Below, one piece after another: positions 1 to 11,488 of a stretch of 64,000 nucleotides of DNA. The DNA is from Isurus oxyrinchus (Eukaryota). The stretch is taken from NCBI GenBank assembly GCA_026770705.1, contig JANJGN010000047.1:3348001-3412000 (forward strand). The letters run 5' to 3'. The translations under genes and the position numbers were made by a program. Positions within the stretch are counted from its first letter, which is position 1. Each line of letters starts with the position of its first letter. Under the pieces are notes generated by a model that saw only the letters and a program-made list of their open reading frames with translations, ran no database searches and was not told the DNA's origin.

Positions 1-149
1 CGTTTCAATGAATTGACCGAAATAAAGTAAATAATTAGGAGAAAATTTCCTTTCTTGTTTCTTGCTCAAAATAGTGGGATTATCTCCGTAGAAGCATTGC
101 AACTGTATGTGCTATGTGCCTACGTCAACAGTCCAAGAGAATCAATTTC

Positions 150-600
150 AATCGCTTCCACAGGGGAATGTAGAAAATCGGAATAAATGCAGGCCGTCTC
201 AAATATATTCCTGTCCCCGGCAATAACAACTTCATCCCTTGAGTGACCTTGTTCTGGATTACTGGACACGTGACTCTTTGCCAAATCTTTGAAATCCATT
301 TAAGATTTTTAACATCGTTTAATCAGCCCTAATCCTTCCAGAGTAAATAGCTTCAAGACATTTTTGTTCGATTCGGAATCACAATACAATGTTTATGTAA
401 ATTAAGCATCCTTCTATATATACATTGCATCCCCTCCAAGACGAATAGTTTCTTCCGGAGTGCCCTGTCCAAATCTGACAACTGTTATACAGGTTGGTTC
501 TGGCCAATACTGGGTATGACTGAAACGTCACGTCCTCTCTTTGGTATTTCAAAGCTGTTGAGACAAAGTCCAAAATTCCGTTAGCATTTTCCTGGATGAA
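150..600 (-). mobile_element. Decayed CR1-type LINE fragment (ORF2 C-terminal region) in intron
   Basis: Antisense CR1-like phrasing (tgccctgtccaaatctgacaact...ttggttctggccaatact) similar to better-preserved copies at 25.9-26.3 kb and 45.2-45.5 kb. Confidence 0.45.
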
Positions 601-798
601 CCCTCTACTTTGAGCAAACAGACACGTTCGTTTAAGGGGTTATCGCAGTCTAATGAGTTTCAAACAGTAAGATGTATAAACAGTGCAGTACAACACGAAT
701 TTATAAATTTTCATTCCTTCATTTTTCTTTGTTTCGCCATGTCTATATTCAAATGTTCATTTACAAAATATTTTCGTCCTTGTTTTTATTAAAAACAG

Positions 799-1113
799 GG
801 AAGCATGGACCCCGATTGGTTGGTGGTGAGAACAGGTGCTCCGGCCGGGTGGAAGTGCTGCACGGAGAGCAGTGGGGGACCCTGTGTGATATTCACTTTG
901 GTTTAGAAGACGCCAGTGTGGTGTGTGAGCACCTTCAGTGCGGGGCTGTAAAGGAAATCCCGAGGGTTTCTCCCTTTGGGCAGGGAGCAGGCCCTGTTTG
1001 GAAGGAAAATTACAGGTGCCACAGGAATGAATCGCGGGTGACAGAGTGTCGGGTTACATCCGGGGAACATTTTAACTGCTCACATGGAAATGACGCCAGT
1101 GTCATCTGTTCAG
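799..1113 (+). CDS. SRCR (group B) domain exon A of a CD163/WC1/SCART-like receptor (first exon visible; gene start is outside the window)
   Basis: aacag|GG acceptor, TCAG|gtgaga donor, 315 nt, phase 1-1. Encodes PRLVGGENRCSGRVEVLHGEQWGTLCD...VVCEHLQCG...YRC...TEC...FNCSHGNDASVICS with all 8 cysteines. Confidence 0.95.
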
Positions 1114-1159
1114 GTGAGACCTCTCAGTCAATGTAATCATGGATTAAAATAATCTCCCT

Positions 1160-2860
1160 GCAACACTGAAAGGGGCCTTTCAGCATGTTCTGTCCATGGA
1201 GGCTCTCTGCGAAAGTATCCCACCCACTCACACAACCCTGCAATTTACAATAACTGTGCATTGTTTTTCACTCATTTATCTAACGATATATATTTTAAAA
1301 TCTACGATTCATAATCATCCACCACATCTTCAGGCAGTGCATTTCAGATCCTCGCCGCCACATTCTTAGACGATGCTTTTCATATCTTCAAGCACCATAT
1401 TCTCCAACAATGAATTGCAGATCCTCATCACCATCATTTTCAGAGAGTGCATTTCATATCCTCATCCTTTGCTTTCTCAGGCAGTGCATTGCAGACCCTC
1501 ATCATCCACATTCTCCAACAGTACAATGCAGATCATCAAATACCACAATCTTAGACAGTGGATTGTAGATCGTCATCCAGCACATTCTCAGACAGTGCAT
1601 TCCAGATCCTCGTCACTCACATTTTCAGAAAATGCAGTGAAGATCCACATACGCCTCATTTTCAGACAATGCATTGCAGGTCGACATCCACCACAATCTC
1701 AGACAGCATATTTCAGATCTTTATCCACCACCTTCTCGGAAGGTGCATTCCATGTCCTCATTCACCAAATTATCTGAAAGAGCATTGCAGATCGTCATCC
1801 AGCACATTCTCATACATGTGCATTCCAGACCCTCATCACCCACATTCTCAGACAGTGCATTGTAAATCTTTATTCCCCCACATTCTCAGGCAGTGGATTG
1901 CAGATCCAAATCCACCACATTCTCAAGCAGTGCATTGCAGATCCACATCCTCCACAATCTCAGACCGGGTGTTTCAGATCCTCACCACCGCCCCCCCCCC
2001 CCCCCAACGATCTCAGAATGTGCATGTCAGATAGCTTGAAGCAGATCCTCACCTACCCCCATTCTCAGCCAGTGCATTGTAGACAATCATCCGTCACATT
2101 CTCAGACAGTGTATTGCGGATTGCCATCCAGCATATTCTGGTACATTGCATCTCAGGTCCTCATCACCCACATTCTCTGTCAACGCATTACAGATCCTCA
2201 TCCATCACAATCTAAGACATTGCATTGCAGATCTTAAGCTAGCATTTTCTCAGACAGTGCTTTGCATTTCATCATTCACTACAATTTCAGTCAGTGCATT
2301 GCATATCCTCGTCCACCACATTCTCAGGCAGTGCATTGCAGAACGTAATTAATCGCAACATGCAAAACTAGCATCCTTATGTCACCATTTCCAATTTGTC
2401 CATCACCATGAATCTGTACTGATCATTCTTGATCCTTCCGCCAATGGGAACAATTTTTCTGTGCCGTAATGTCCAGAACCCGAAGGTTGTTTTAGCATTC
2501 CCTCTCCAAGTAGAATATTCGTAGCTCACTCAAACAATGTAGAAAAAATACGTTTGTCATCACCGAAATGATCTTATGAAGCATTCCTGCATCATTTCTA
2601 ATGCCTTCATACCCTCCCTAACGTTTGTAGCCCAGAAATGGAAGCATTATTCCAGATGAGGCCGAAATGAATCATAACATCTTCCCTTCAGTGTACTCTG
2701 TGCCTTAGTTATACACCAAAGAACTCCAAACTTTAGCAGCCTTTTCGCAACCTGCGCTGTCAAGTACAATGTTTCTTACAAATGCACCCGAGGTTCGTCA
2801 GCTTCTGAAAATCATTCAGAAATGATCCAGTTCTTTATTGTTCCTTCTCCTAGTCCTTCG
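1160..2860 (-). mobile_element. Decayed CR1-type LINE 3' region containing an internal minisatellite expansion
   Basis: Flanks (1160-1310 and 2345-2860, e.g. cccagaaatggaagcattattccagatgaggccgaa) resemble the antisense CR1 3' sequence at 25620-26300. Confidence 0.55.
1310..2345. repeat. Degenerate ~37-bp minisatellite, about 28 copies, consensus CAGTGCATTGCAGATCCTCATCCACCACATTCTCAGA
   Basis: cagtgcatt..cagatc..cacattctcag recurs with ~37-nt period and explains the repetitive ORFs at 1373-2352. Confidence 0.9.
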
Positions 2861-2929
2861 TTTGCCAGCCTTACCTCTCTTAAAAACACTCACTTCTAAA
2901 GCACAAGGCCTGTTTCAAGAATGACTCAA

Positions 2930-3320
2930 GTTATTTAGCAGAGCAGTCAAGTCTGTGAATGAAGTGCAGTGCTGTGGGAATGCTGTTCTCTATCATTTTG
3001 CTTGTTCCTGGTAAGAGGTTTAATCGATGCCATATCTGCATCAGTGGAGGTTAATAAAAATATTTACCATGAGTCTACTTTGAGGGAAACTAGGGAGTCT
3101 ATCCAAAGTTATCCCTTGATCAACATCAAACAATGTAGCTCATCTGGTCATTATCACACGATTTTTGTGCGATTTTACTGCGCCCATTATGGCTGCGGCG
3201 TTCCTTAAATTGCAACAGTGCTGACATTACACAATGCAAATAAATGACTGTAACTTGCGCTGAGGCATCCGGTAGTTTTGAAAAAAATACTAATCTACTT
3301 TAAATACGTATTTTTTTTAC
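2930..3320 (+). mobile_element. Deu-domain SINE (SacSINE1-like) remnant
   Basis: ttatcccttgatcaacatc...atctggtcattatcacac...atggctgcggcgttcctt..attgcaacagtg matches the DeuSINE core as recalled; a similar copy lies at 12.9-13.3 kb. Confidence 0.65.
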
Positions 3321-3329
3321 TTCCAACAA

Positions 3330-5190
3330 AAATGGGCCAACCAATGCTTCCCTCAACCGAATTTCGTCTATAACTTTCCGGCCCGTTCTAACAGCTTGTC
3401 GGTGTCTGATTTAATTTTAATCATTCAACATTTTACAACACTTAAAAAAATTCTGTATTCTTTGAAGAAAAAAAATGAAATTGTTCCCCTTACCACCAAG
3501 TCTCGGTAGATATCATGTATTAACGGAAAATCAGGGTTTCTAGCCAGGTGGAATGTCCTGTTCCTCTGGTCTGGAAAAGAAGAAACGTTGAACACGACGT
3601 CCTGTTCCCTTTCAAAGAGCAATTCCATCTCCAATCAGTCATTTTTTTTTATTCCACAGGCGCCAAACTTTTCTGCCAAGCAGCTATCGTGACCCTTTGC
3701 CAAAGGTCATTTCAAAGTCCATCAAAGCCACATCCACTCCATTAGCCTCATTAACAGTCTCACTAACCTCATTAAATTACTCTAGCAAGTCCGTGCAATG
3801 CGATTGTCTCTTACCAAAACTACATTTTTCAACTGGCTCTAACTTCTGTCCCAATGTATATTTTCCAAGGAAACAAAGCTTTCCCAAAGCCAATATTAAA
3901 CTTACTGGTCCGAATTTACTGCATTTATCCTAACACCATTTCTTGAACAAGGTGTAATATTTGGAAATTTCATTTGTCGGCATTGAAGAAGGATGGGAAC
4001 ATTATGACCATTATATGGCGATTTCGGCTCTGACTTTGGTCATGCTCCCCGAATAGACGTCATCCAATCCATGTGTCCCGTCAAATTCAACATCAGTTGC
4101 CCAAGCCAATTCGTCCTCTTTATAAATATCTAAACACTCCATTTTATTTCATCTGCCTATTCTTTGTCCAGCATTGTGGAGCATTTTCTTCCTTGGCTAA
4201 AAAACATACTCAAAATGCTGACTCAGCAGCTGAGCCATAACATCAGCCTTTATATGCCGATTTCCTTTTTGGTGTCTGTTTTGTGCCTATATAAGACTGT
4301 AAGATCCCGTTTTATGTTAGTGGGAGTCTCTTATATGGTCTGGATATTGTACATTCATCTTGGATCTCGCTTGCATTATCCAAATTCAATATCCTATCCA
4401 TATATATTTATTTCTGCTTCACCTTAATCCCCATCTCTTTAATCACCCAGGGAGCCTTTGAGCTTTTGCATAGTCCTGCACTTGTCTAAGTCAATTTTCC
4501 ATTATTGCTCCTCAGTCATTTTCAGAGCCTGCACGTCACGAACATCATTTATTGCAATGTACGTTCACACACCTGAAAAGTAAATATAATTGAGGCCATT
4601 ATACAACCCCGGTTGTGCTTATCATGATTAACACCACATTATTTCCTCCGTTATTGCAATCTTTCTTTTCTACTTTTCTGTGCAGTTTGGTTTTTCTCTC
4701 TAACCATATCTGCCCGTTCCCAAATCCCTGACAAATTCATTCTGTACTGTCCAACCAATAAACCAGACGGACATTGCCGCCGGATTTTTTTTCATGTGAA
4801 ACACATGAAAACATCCATTGGTCCTTTCTTCACAGAACTGAGTCTATGAGTGCATGAGAACAGGTCACAAAGTCACATGAGCTTCATTAGGACTCTCGTG
4901 CACCATTTATCTTGCGACATGTTCATTAGTTCTATCGCTCGTACGTTGTGCTGGGATATTTCAATATTATCAGGATATTACTCCGTTGATGGCAATTTAC
5001 TAGATTGTTTGCAACATCCTTAAAAATGATCTGCAGGACTACACCCCTCTTCCTACCTCTGAAATTGTTCCACTAACGGAGCACGAATGCTGACTGCTCA
5101 CCCTCCCGCATCAGCGTGCTCAGCAGGGTCCCAGTGATCTGCCTCACCTTGGCACTAGGGTCAGAACATTTACGTGAATAATCATTGCCC
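3330..5190 (-). mobile_element. Highly decayed CR1-type LINE fragments in intron
   Basis: Antisense RT-like phrases (gccaaaggtcatttcaaagtccatcaaagccacatccact; ttcccaaagccaatattaaacttactggtcc). Confidence 0.5.
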
Positions 5191-5253
5191 CGGTTATATT
5201 GAGTCAGATGTGCATGATTTGTTTGAATGTTACCCCTTGCTCTCATCTTGTAG

Positions 5254-5568
5254 ATGAAAGTTGGTCACTGAGATTGACGAATGGGGGAAGCCGCTGTGAT
5301 GGTCGGGTGGAAATTTACCACAACGGTCGCTGGGGCAGAGTACAGGACAGCCTCTGGGACCTCAATGATGCTACCGTGGTCTGCAAGCAACTAGGATGTG
5401 GTGTCGCACTTGCCGCTTATACCTCTGCAATGTATGGAGAGAGTGAAGGGCCTGTGTGGGTGAATGATGTCCAGTGTGGAGGAAACGAACTGTATCTCCG
5501 CAACTGCAGCTCATTTGCAATGAATTCGTCTCTCAATGAAAGTGTCGGCGTCGGGGTTCTGTGTTCAG
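5254..5568 (+). CDS. SRCR domain exon B (6-cysteine variant lacking C2 and C7)
   Basis: cttgtag|AT acceptor, TCAG|gtgaat donor, 315 nt, phase 1-1. Encodes LRLTNGGSRCDGRVEIYHNGRWGRVQDSLWDLNDATVVCKQLGCG...VQC...RNC...GVLCS. Confidence 0.93.
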
Positions 5569-6534
5569 GTGAATAAATAGTTCAATTTTACCGGAACATA
5601 AATAGAAATATCTAATAAGGAGGGAGGTGTGAATATACGTCACGAGTTCTTTTAACCTAACTGCTTAGCATTGGAGGGCTAACGTGGGGAGAGTGGGCAA
5701 GCACAGAACTGATCAACAAGCAGGACATGCATTTTTGCTGTGCATTTATTAATGACGCAATTCAAAATTTTCTCTCAAACAGGAAATTCTGACAGCACTT
5801 CTGTTAGTGCGGGGCGGGGGGAGTTGTGAGGGGCGGGGCGGTGTGGTGTTGGGAGGGGCCTTACAGCTTGGTGCGAAATTGTGTGTTAATTTAACAACGT
5901 TTTCATAGAATTGCCGTTCTCATACTCATCAGAGCGACAGGCCGCTCATGGGATTTCTGCATTATTCAATCCATGAAAAAACGATGCACTTACAGGTCTT
6001 TCAGCAGCAGAAGACTGAGCTTCTATGAAATGTCATTCTTAAAAGTCACTTGGTTTCTTTTTTCCACTGAAGCTGCCAGATCCCCTGAGGAATTGCAGCA
6101 TTTTTTTTCAATATAATCAAAATAAAAAAGCGATATAATCAGAAATCGACTGAAATAAGTTTTCGAGATACGTGCAGGGGAGAGAAAAAGCTGTGTACAA
6201 TTGATGTTCATAAGTAGTTTAGGTGGAACGATGAATACAAAAAAGTTCAGTTGAGGTTGAAACAGGGCACACAGCACTGAGCACACAATACGTGAACTGC
6301 AAGCCAAAATATCGATGGAATCAGGTGTAGGAATATTTGAAATCTTTGTGCACTCCACATTATAAATTTCAAGTAATTAGAAAAACATGGTCTCAACTAT
6401 AGAAACAGTTACCTGTCATAGTCAAGTGATTTGTTCTATTACTTTTGCTGGATAATGTCCAATAGTTTCAATTTGTGTTATGACATAAATGCGTAATCGA
6501 ATCCTCTTAATAAAGATTGTCTTCTTTGGATCAG

Positions 6535-6849
6535 AACACAAACAGTTAAGGCTGTCAGACGGTGGAAGCCCATGTGCAGGCCGAGTGGAGATTTACTATA
6601 ACGGGACCTGGGGCTCAGTTTGTGATGATTCCTGGGATCTGACAGACGCTGACGTCGTTTGCAAACAGCTGCATTGCGGAAAGGCTTTGGACGTGACACT
6701 TCCTGACTCTTGCGGAGCAGGCTCAGGTCCAGTTTGGTTGGAAGGCTTGGAGTGTTCAGGGGAGGAATCGTATCTCTGGCAATGTCCTTCTGAATATTGG
6801 GGTGCCCACGACTGTTCTCATAAAGAAGATGTGAAGATCATGTGCTCAG
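6535..6849 (+). CDS. SRCR domain exon C
   Basis: atcag|AA acceptor, TCAG|gtaagg donor, 315 nt. Encodes LRLSDGGSPCAGRVEIYYNGTWGSVCDDSWDLTDADVVCKQLHCG...HDCSHKEDVKIMCS. Confidence 0.95.
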
Positions 6850-7839
6850 GTAAGGGTGACGTAAATGCAATTATTTCCTTCATACGAGAAGATTCAGACA
6901 GATGGAATTTTACTGAATGGCCCAGAAACTGTACATCAACTGGTCATTCTGCTCAATGCGTCTGACTGCTGCTTATTCTGCTCATAATCCTACATCATTT
7001 CATGTGGTCTGAGCTGTATTGCACTCTGTATTTTCCCCTCGTGCCTTTATCAAACGTCACATTCAAGGCATCACCACAATTCGCCCCCACTAAATGTACA
7101 TGTTCCATGTTCCACATTCTCCTTCTATCTGGGTAATAGAAAGCGAAACAGAAAATCTCCTAAATCCCAATTTGTTTGGCTCTTGTGTTTCTTTGTCCGA
7201 AAAAATCACGACTTTATTCTAATCAGCATTGAAATAATTTCAGCATTGACAAGCCCATCCTGCTGTCTCCGACCGTCTTCCTGCAGTTAATGGAACCTGT
7301 CTTGGTATTACCTGCAAACCGTAGTGCATTTTGAACATTTACTTCAATTCCAAATACCAAATGTAATATGTTAATCTGAAACAGATGTGAGCCCCAGCAA
7401 TAATCCATGTGTACATCACGCCCCAACTTCTGCTATTATATATGAAATCCTGCGTTGTTGCTTGTTTGCTCTTCTTTTAATACTGTGCCGGCAATTTCAT
7501 TTCCCTGTTCTCAGCCTTAATGCAGCTGTTTGAAAACTTTTTGAAAGTTATTGTTTTCAAAATCCATGTGGATTACGTGGACATTATTATCTCCACATAA
7601 TCTTTCTGAAACTTCCTCAAGTAATTCAATGAATTGGAAGATCTATAGTTCGCTCTTTTGAAATCTGTGTTGATTATCATTGATTATATAATTGGATTGT
7701 ACATGTATCACTGTTACATTTCTGGAATAATTATCTCTATTCAGTGAACACCTCTGGCACAACTTGGGTGGAGGGGGCACTGTTGACATGATTCCATTTA
7801 TCACTGGAAACATCTGGAGATTTCTTCTTTCATTGATAG

Positions 7840-8157
7840 AACACAAAGCGCTGCGGCTGGTGAATGGAAAGCATCGCTGTGAGGGGCGGGCGGAAGTGTT
7901 CTACAATGGGATCTGGGGAACAGTGTGTTCGGAAGCACTGGATCGCCATGATGCTGAGGTGATCTGTAAACAGTTACAGTGTGGCCCCCTGGTTTCTATA
8001 GACTATACCACTCAGTCATTCGGAGAAGGATCCGGACCTATTTGGCTCGATGAAATAGAATGTATTTCACACGAGTCGACCATCTGGCAGTGTCAGACAG
8101 ACCCGTGGGGACAACACAACTGTAATCACAAAGAGGATGCAGGCGTTTCATGTTCAG
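7840..8157 (+). CDS. SRCR domain exon D
   Basis: gatag|AA acceptor, TCAG|gtaaca donor, 318 nt. Encodes [27 protein letters not shown]...[17 protein letters not shown]. Confidence 0.95.
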
Positions 8158-8240
8158 GTAACAAAACAAACCTTCCAATGTGCGAGTGTTATTTCATTCA
8201 TTGATGTCCAAATGAGTCAGCACGTTTCTTTCCTCAACAG

Positions 8241-8297
8241 GAAGAAAGATAACGAAGGGCCAGCCCAAAAGTGAAAAGGATTGTGGTCGAGAATCAG
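8241..8297 (+). CDS. Short inter-domain linker exon (GRKITKGQPKSEKDCGRES)
   Basis: tttctttcctcaacag| acceptor, TCAG|gtgatt donor, 57 nt, phase 1-1. Open and in frame between SRCR exons D and E. Confidence 0.75.
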
Positions 8298-8385
8298 GTG
8301 ATTGCTCCACTTTAATAGATCAATTATCTGAGTTGTCTACCTGTATTTTTGTGCAGAAATAATAGTGATTGATTATCTTTGACAG

Positions 8386-8703
8386 ATTCAGATGTAGGTT
8401 TGCGCCTGATTGGAGGTAACACCAACTGCTCCGGGCGAGTGGAGATAATGTGCAAAAACAACTGGAGCACAGTGTGTGATGACTCTTGGGATATGGCCGA
8501 TGCCAATGTTGTCTGCAGACAGCTGCATTGTGGCTCTGCTCTATTGGCCACAGCAGGGGCCACTTTTGGACAGGGTGAAGGTGACATGTGGTTTGATGAG
8601 GTGAGGTGTACCGGAAGCGAATCCTTTCTCTCTGATTGTCCTTCCTTAGCGTCTGCTCAAACTGACTGTGATCACAAGGAGGACGCCAGTGTGATTTGTT
8701 CCG
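8386..8703 (+). CDS. SRCR domain exon E (membrane-proximal)
   Basis: ttgacag|AT acceptor (in-frame alternative exon start at 8392), TCCG|gtaagg donor, 318 nt. Encodes [31 protein letters not shown]...[14 protein letters not shown]. Confidence 0.95.
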
Positions 8704-8851
8704 GTAAGGGTATTGCAGAATGGTGCGAGTAGGGGCCCGGAGATTGGCGGTTGGTGATTGTTTGCTGAATACATCTCATGAATTTGTAAATGATGAAAAA
8801 GAGATGACTTTCTAAGTTAAAGTTCTATATTTTTTGTTTAATAACCCATAG

Positions 8852-8893
8852 GTCCAGAGTTGTCATCGGCTGCTTTTCCATCCACACCCGCAG
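8852..8893 (+). CDS. Pro/Ser/Thr-rich stalk exon (GPELSSAAFPSTPA)
   Basis: ccatag|GT acceptor, GCAG|gttggt donor, 42 nt, phase 1-1. PST-rich, like the stalks of CD163/WC1-family receptors. Confidence 0.75.
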
Positions 8894-9078
8894 GTTGGTC
8901 TTATGAATAATGAGTATTCCTGTCAAGGCTAATGTTCAGAATGATCTGATATAATTGGCATTTGCTTGTTTTTATAAAGAAATTCTGAGGTTAATCTTAG
9001 TGTTTCAGAATGTTGGACCGTTTAACAATACAAAGCATCCTGTGTCCTAGTTGAATCTTTCTTTAACATTTCATTAAG

Positions 9079-9195
9079 GACATGAAGACAATATCACTTC
9101 CATCCCTCTTGTGATTGGTATAACAATCGGTATCCTGTTGATCTGTGAGTTCATCCTACTAATTGTGGTAATGCGGAGGCAATCATCAAGGAAAG
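9079..9195 (+). CDS. Transmembrane exon (GHEDNITSIPLVIGITIGILLICEFILLIVVMRRQSSRK)
   Basis: cattaag|GA acceptor, AAAG|gtgagg donor, 117 nt, phase 1-1. About 24 hydrophobic residues followed by the basic stop-transfer RRQSSRK. Confidence 0.9.
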
Positions 9196-9269
9196 GTGAG
9201 GACAAACATTACCACTCACTTCACATTAAATCTCGGATATTTTTATTTTTTATTTCAATTTATGAATGA

Positions 9270-10400
9270 TATTTGAGACTCTCTGGCAGTCCTGCATTCA
9301 TTGGCCATCCAAAATTGCCCTTGAGAAAGTGGTGATGAGATGACTTCTTGAACCGTTGCAGTCCATGTTGTATAGGTACACCACCGTACTTTTATGGAGG
9401 GAGTTTAAGGATTTGACCCAGCGACTGTGTCAGAACGGCGACAAATATCTAAATAAAAATAGTGACAGGCTTGGAGGGTGAATTCCAGTAAGTGGTTTTC
9501 CCATATCTCTGCTTCGCTTGTCATTCTCCTTGGTTGTTTATGTGGTTTTGGAAGGTCCTACCTAAGCAGCCTTACTGGATTCTTCAAGTGCATCTTATAA
9601 ACAGTACACACTGCTGCCACTGTAAGCGGATGATGAATGGAGTGATTGGTTGTGGATATGGTGCCAAAAAAGCAGAAAGCTTTATTCTGGATGGCGGCAA
9701 ACCTCTAGAATTTTGTTGTAGCTGCTCTCAAACAGGCAAGTGGATAATATTCAGGAACACTCCTGATTGTCCCTTGCAGACGATGGAAAGGATTTGCCTA
9801 GTTTGGTGTTGAGTTCCTCAGAAGGGTTTCTTGTCTCTTACCTGCTTTTGTCACCACATCATTCATATCACAAGCCCAGTTCAGTTTCTGGTCAATGGAA
9901 ATGCCTGGGATGTTGTTAGTGGGGGAATCAGTGATGGCAATGCCACTGAATGTCAAAGGCTGACAGTTGGATTGCACCTTGTTGTAGATCGTCATTTCCT
10001 GGCACTAGTGAGGCACGAATTTTACTCTCCACTATGAATGTCAGGCCTGGATATGGTCCATGTCTGACAGCTTGTGGGCATGGCCTGCTGCAGTAGCTGA
10101 GGATTCGGGACTGGTAATAAACATTGTGCCATCATCAGTGGAAATCCTCACTGATGACCTTCAGATGAAGACATGGTCATTGATGAAACACATGAAGATC
10201 GTTGGTCCTAGCACGCTATGCTGAGGAGCTCCTGCATTAATGTCCAACTACTGAAGGATGATTGACATCCAACAACCACAATTCCCCTGTTCTATGCTCA
10301 CTCTGACTTCAAGCAGTGAAGAATTTCCCCCTGAATCCTATTGGCTCCAGTGTTTTTTTTTCAGTGGCCTTCATGCCTCATACACTGGCGAGAATTCACT
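9270..10400 (-). mobile_element. LINE (second CR1/L2-group family) 3' part, antisense, intronic
   Basis: Begins ctggcagtcctgcattcattggccatccaaaattgcccttgagaaagtggtg. The same start is seen at 15505 and 40910, and it is the reverse complement of the family at 18.8-19.26 kb and 29.5-31.2 kb. Confidence 0.7.
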
Positions 10401-11380
10401 TTATTGCCCTTTTCCATTGAATGTCACTTGTCATGTTGGAAACTTATGTTAAGCAATTTAACGAGAATTTTCGTTCAAAGTACTTGGTCAAACAGTGAAA
10501 TGTGTCATTTAAATTGAAAAATCACTTGACTGTCCACATTTGCAGTCTAATTATTCCACCGCTGCTGCGTCTGAAGGTCAATCAATTGTTGCAGCCACAG
10601 ATCTGAAGGTTATTTGAAGCATTTTAGACTTAGTGCCCAGTCATGACGTTTCCGTCATTCGAAGTCAATCCAATCAGTGTCCGTCCACTCCTTGAGTTTC
10701 CGTGCCCTGATGCCCATTCTCATTCTCCATAGCCAGAATCGATCCACAATTTTGAGATGTGAGACTTCGATGGGATTTTCAGCACCAATTTTTGAATATT
10801 GTGTACAATGACATAAGTAACTACTCTGATCTGAACAACCATCACACTCCTGTTCGATGCGCAAAGCAAATTAATTTTAATGTTGATGCGATACATAAAA
10901 GAAAGGTCAGCTCCTCACTCGTCTTTCCAACCTGATGCTCTCAGCAGAATCAATCATTTTTCCCCTGCTTCTCTTCAGCTAAAATCTCCTTGGGTCTCAC
11001 GACAGAGTTTTCAGCTGAAATTGATTCCTCCCGGAAACGCCTTGTTTCGTCTTTTCCGACCTTAATTAAATTTCCCCTAGTCTGATGGAGTTGAACATGC
11101 TTCCATGCGGTTACCCACACATGCACACGCCCACACAGACACAGCCCCATGTACATAACGTCTCTCTCTCTGTCTCTCATTTTATCTCTCTCACACACAC
11201 ATTTGGATATGCACTCTCTTGTAAAATAAAACGTACTTAACAAAAGATCATTCAAAGCCAGCTCACTGACTTTTTGCATTCACATTCACCATCTGTTTTG
11301 TGATATTATTTGAAAACATTTTAATATTCAGCAAAGTAAAATGCAACAAAATGTTAATCCCTCCGCATTGTCTCCATCAG

Positions 11381-11488
11381 CTTTTGCCACTGGCAGTTGG
11401 GCTTCACCAATTGATTTGTACCAAGCAATTTATGAAGAAATTGAAAATATACCACCTGTCAAGGATCCAGCTCTGACCCGTGGCTCAG
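11381..11488 (+). CDS. Cytoplasmic exon 1 with YEEI motif (AFATGSWASPIDLYQAIYEEIENIPPVKDPALTRGS)
   Basis: tctccatcag| acceptor, TCAG|gtttgt donor, 108 nt, phase 1-1, open frame. IYEEIE resembles the WC1-family YEEL motif. Confidence 0.85.

Noticed and set aside
1373-2352. Several long His/Ser/Cys-rich ORFs, and a superficial CRISPR-like periodicity
   Set aside because: They are translations of a 37-bp tandem repeat in rotating frames. Units are contiguous and degenerate with no unique spacers, there are no cas genes, and the context is a vertebrate intron.
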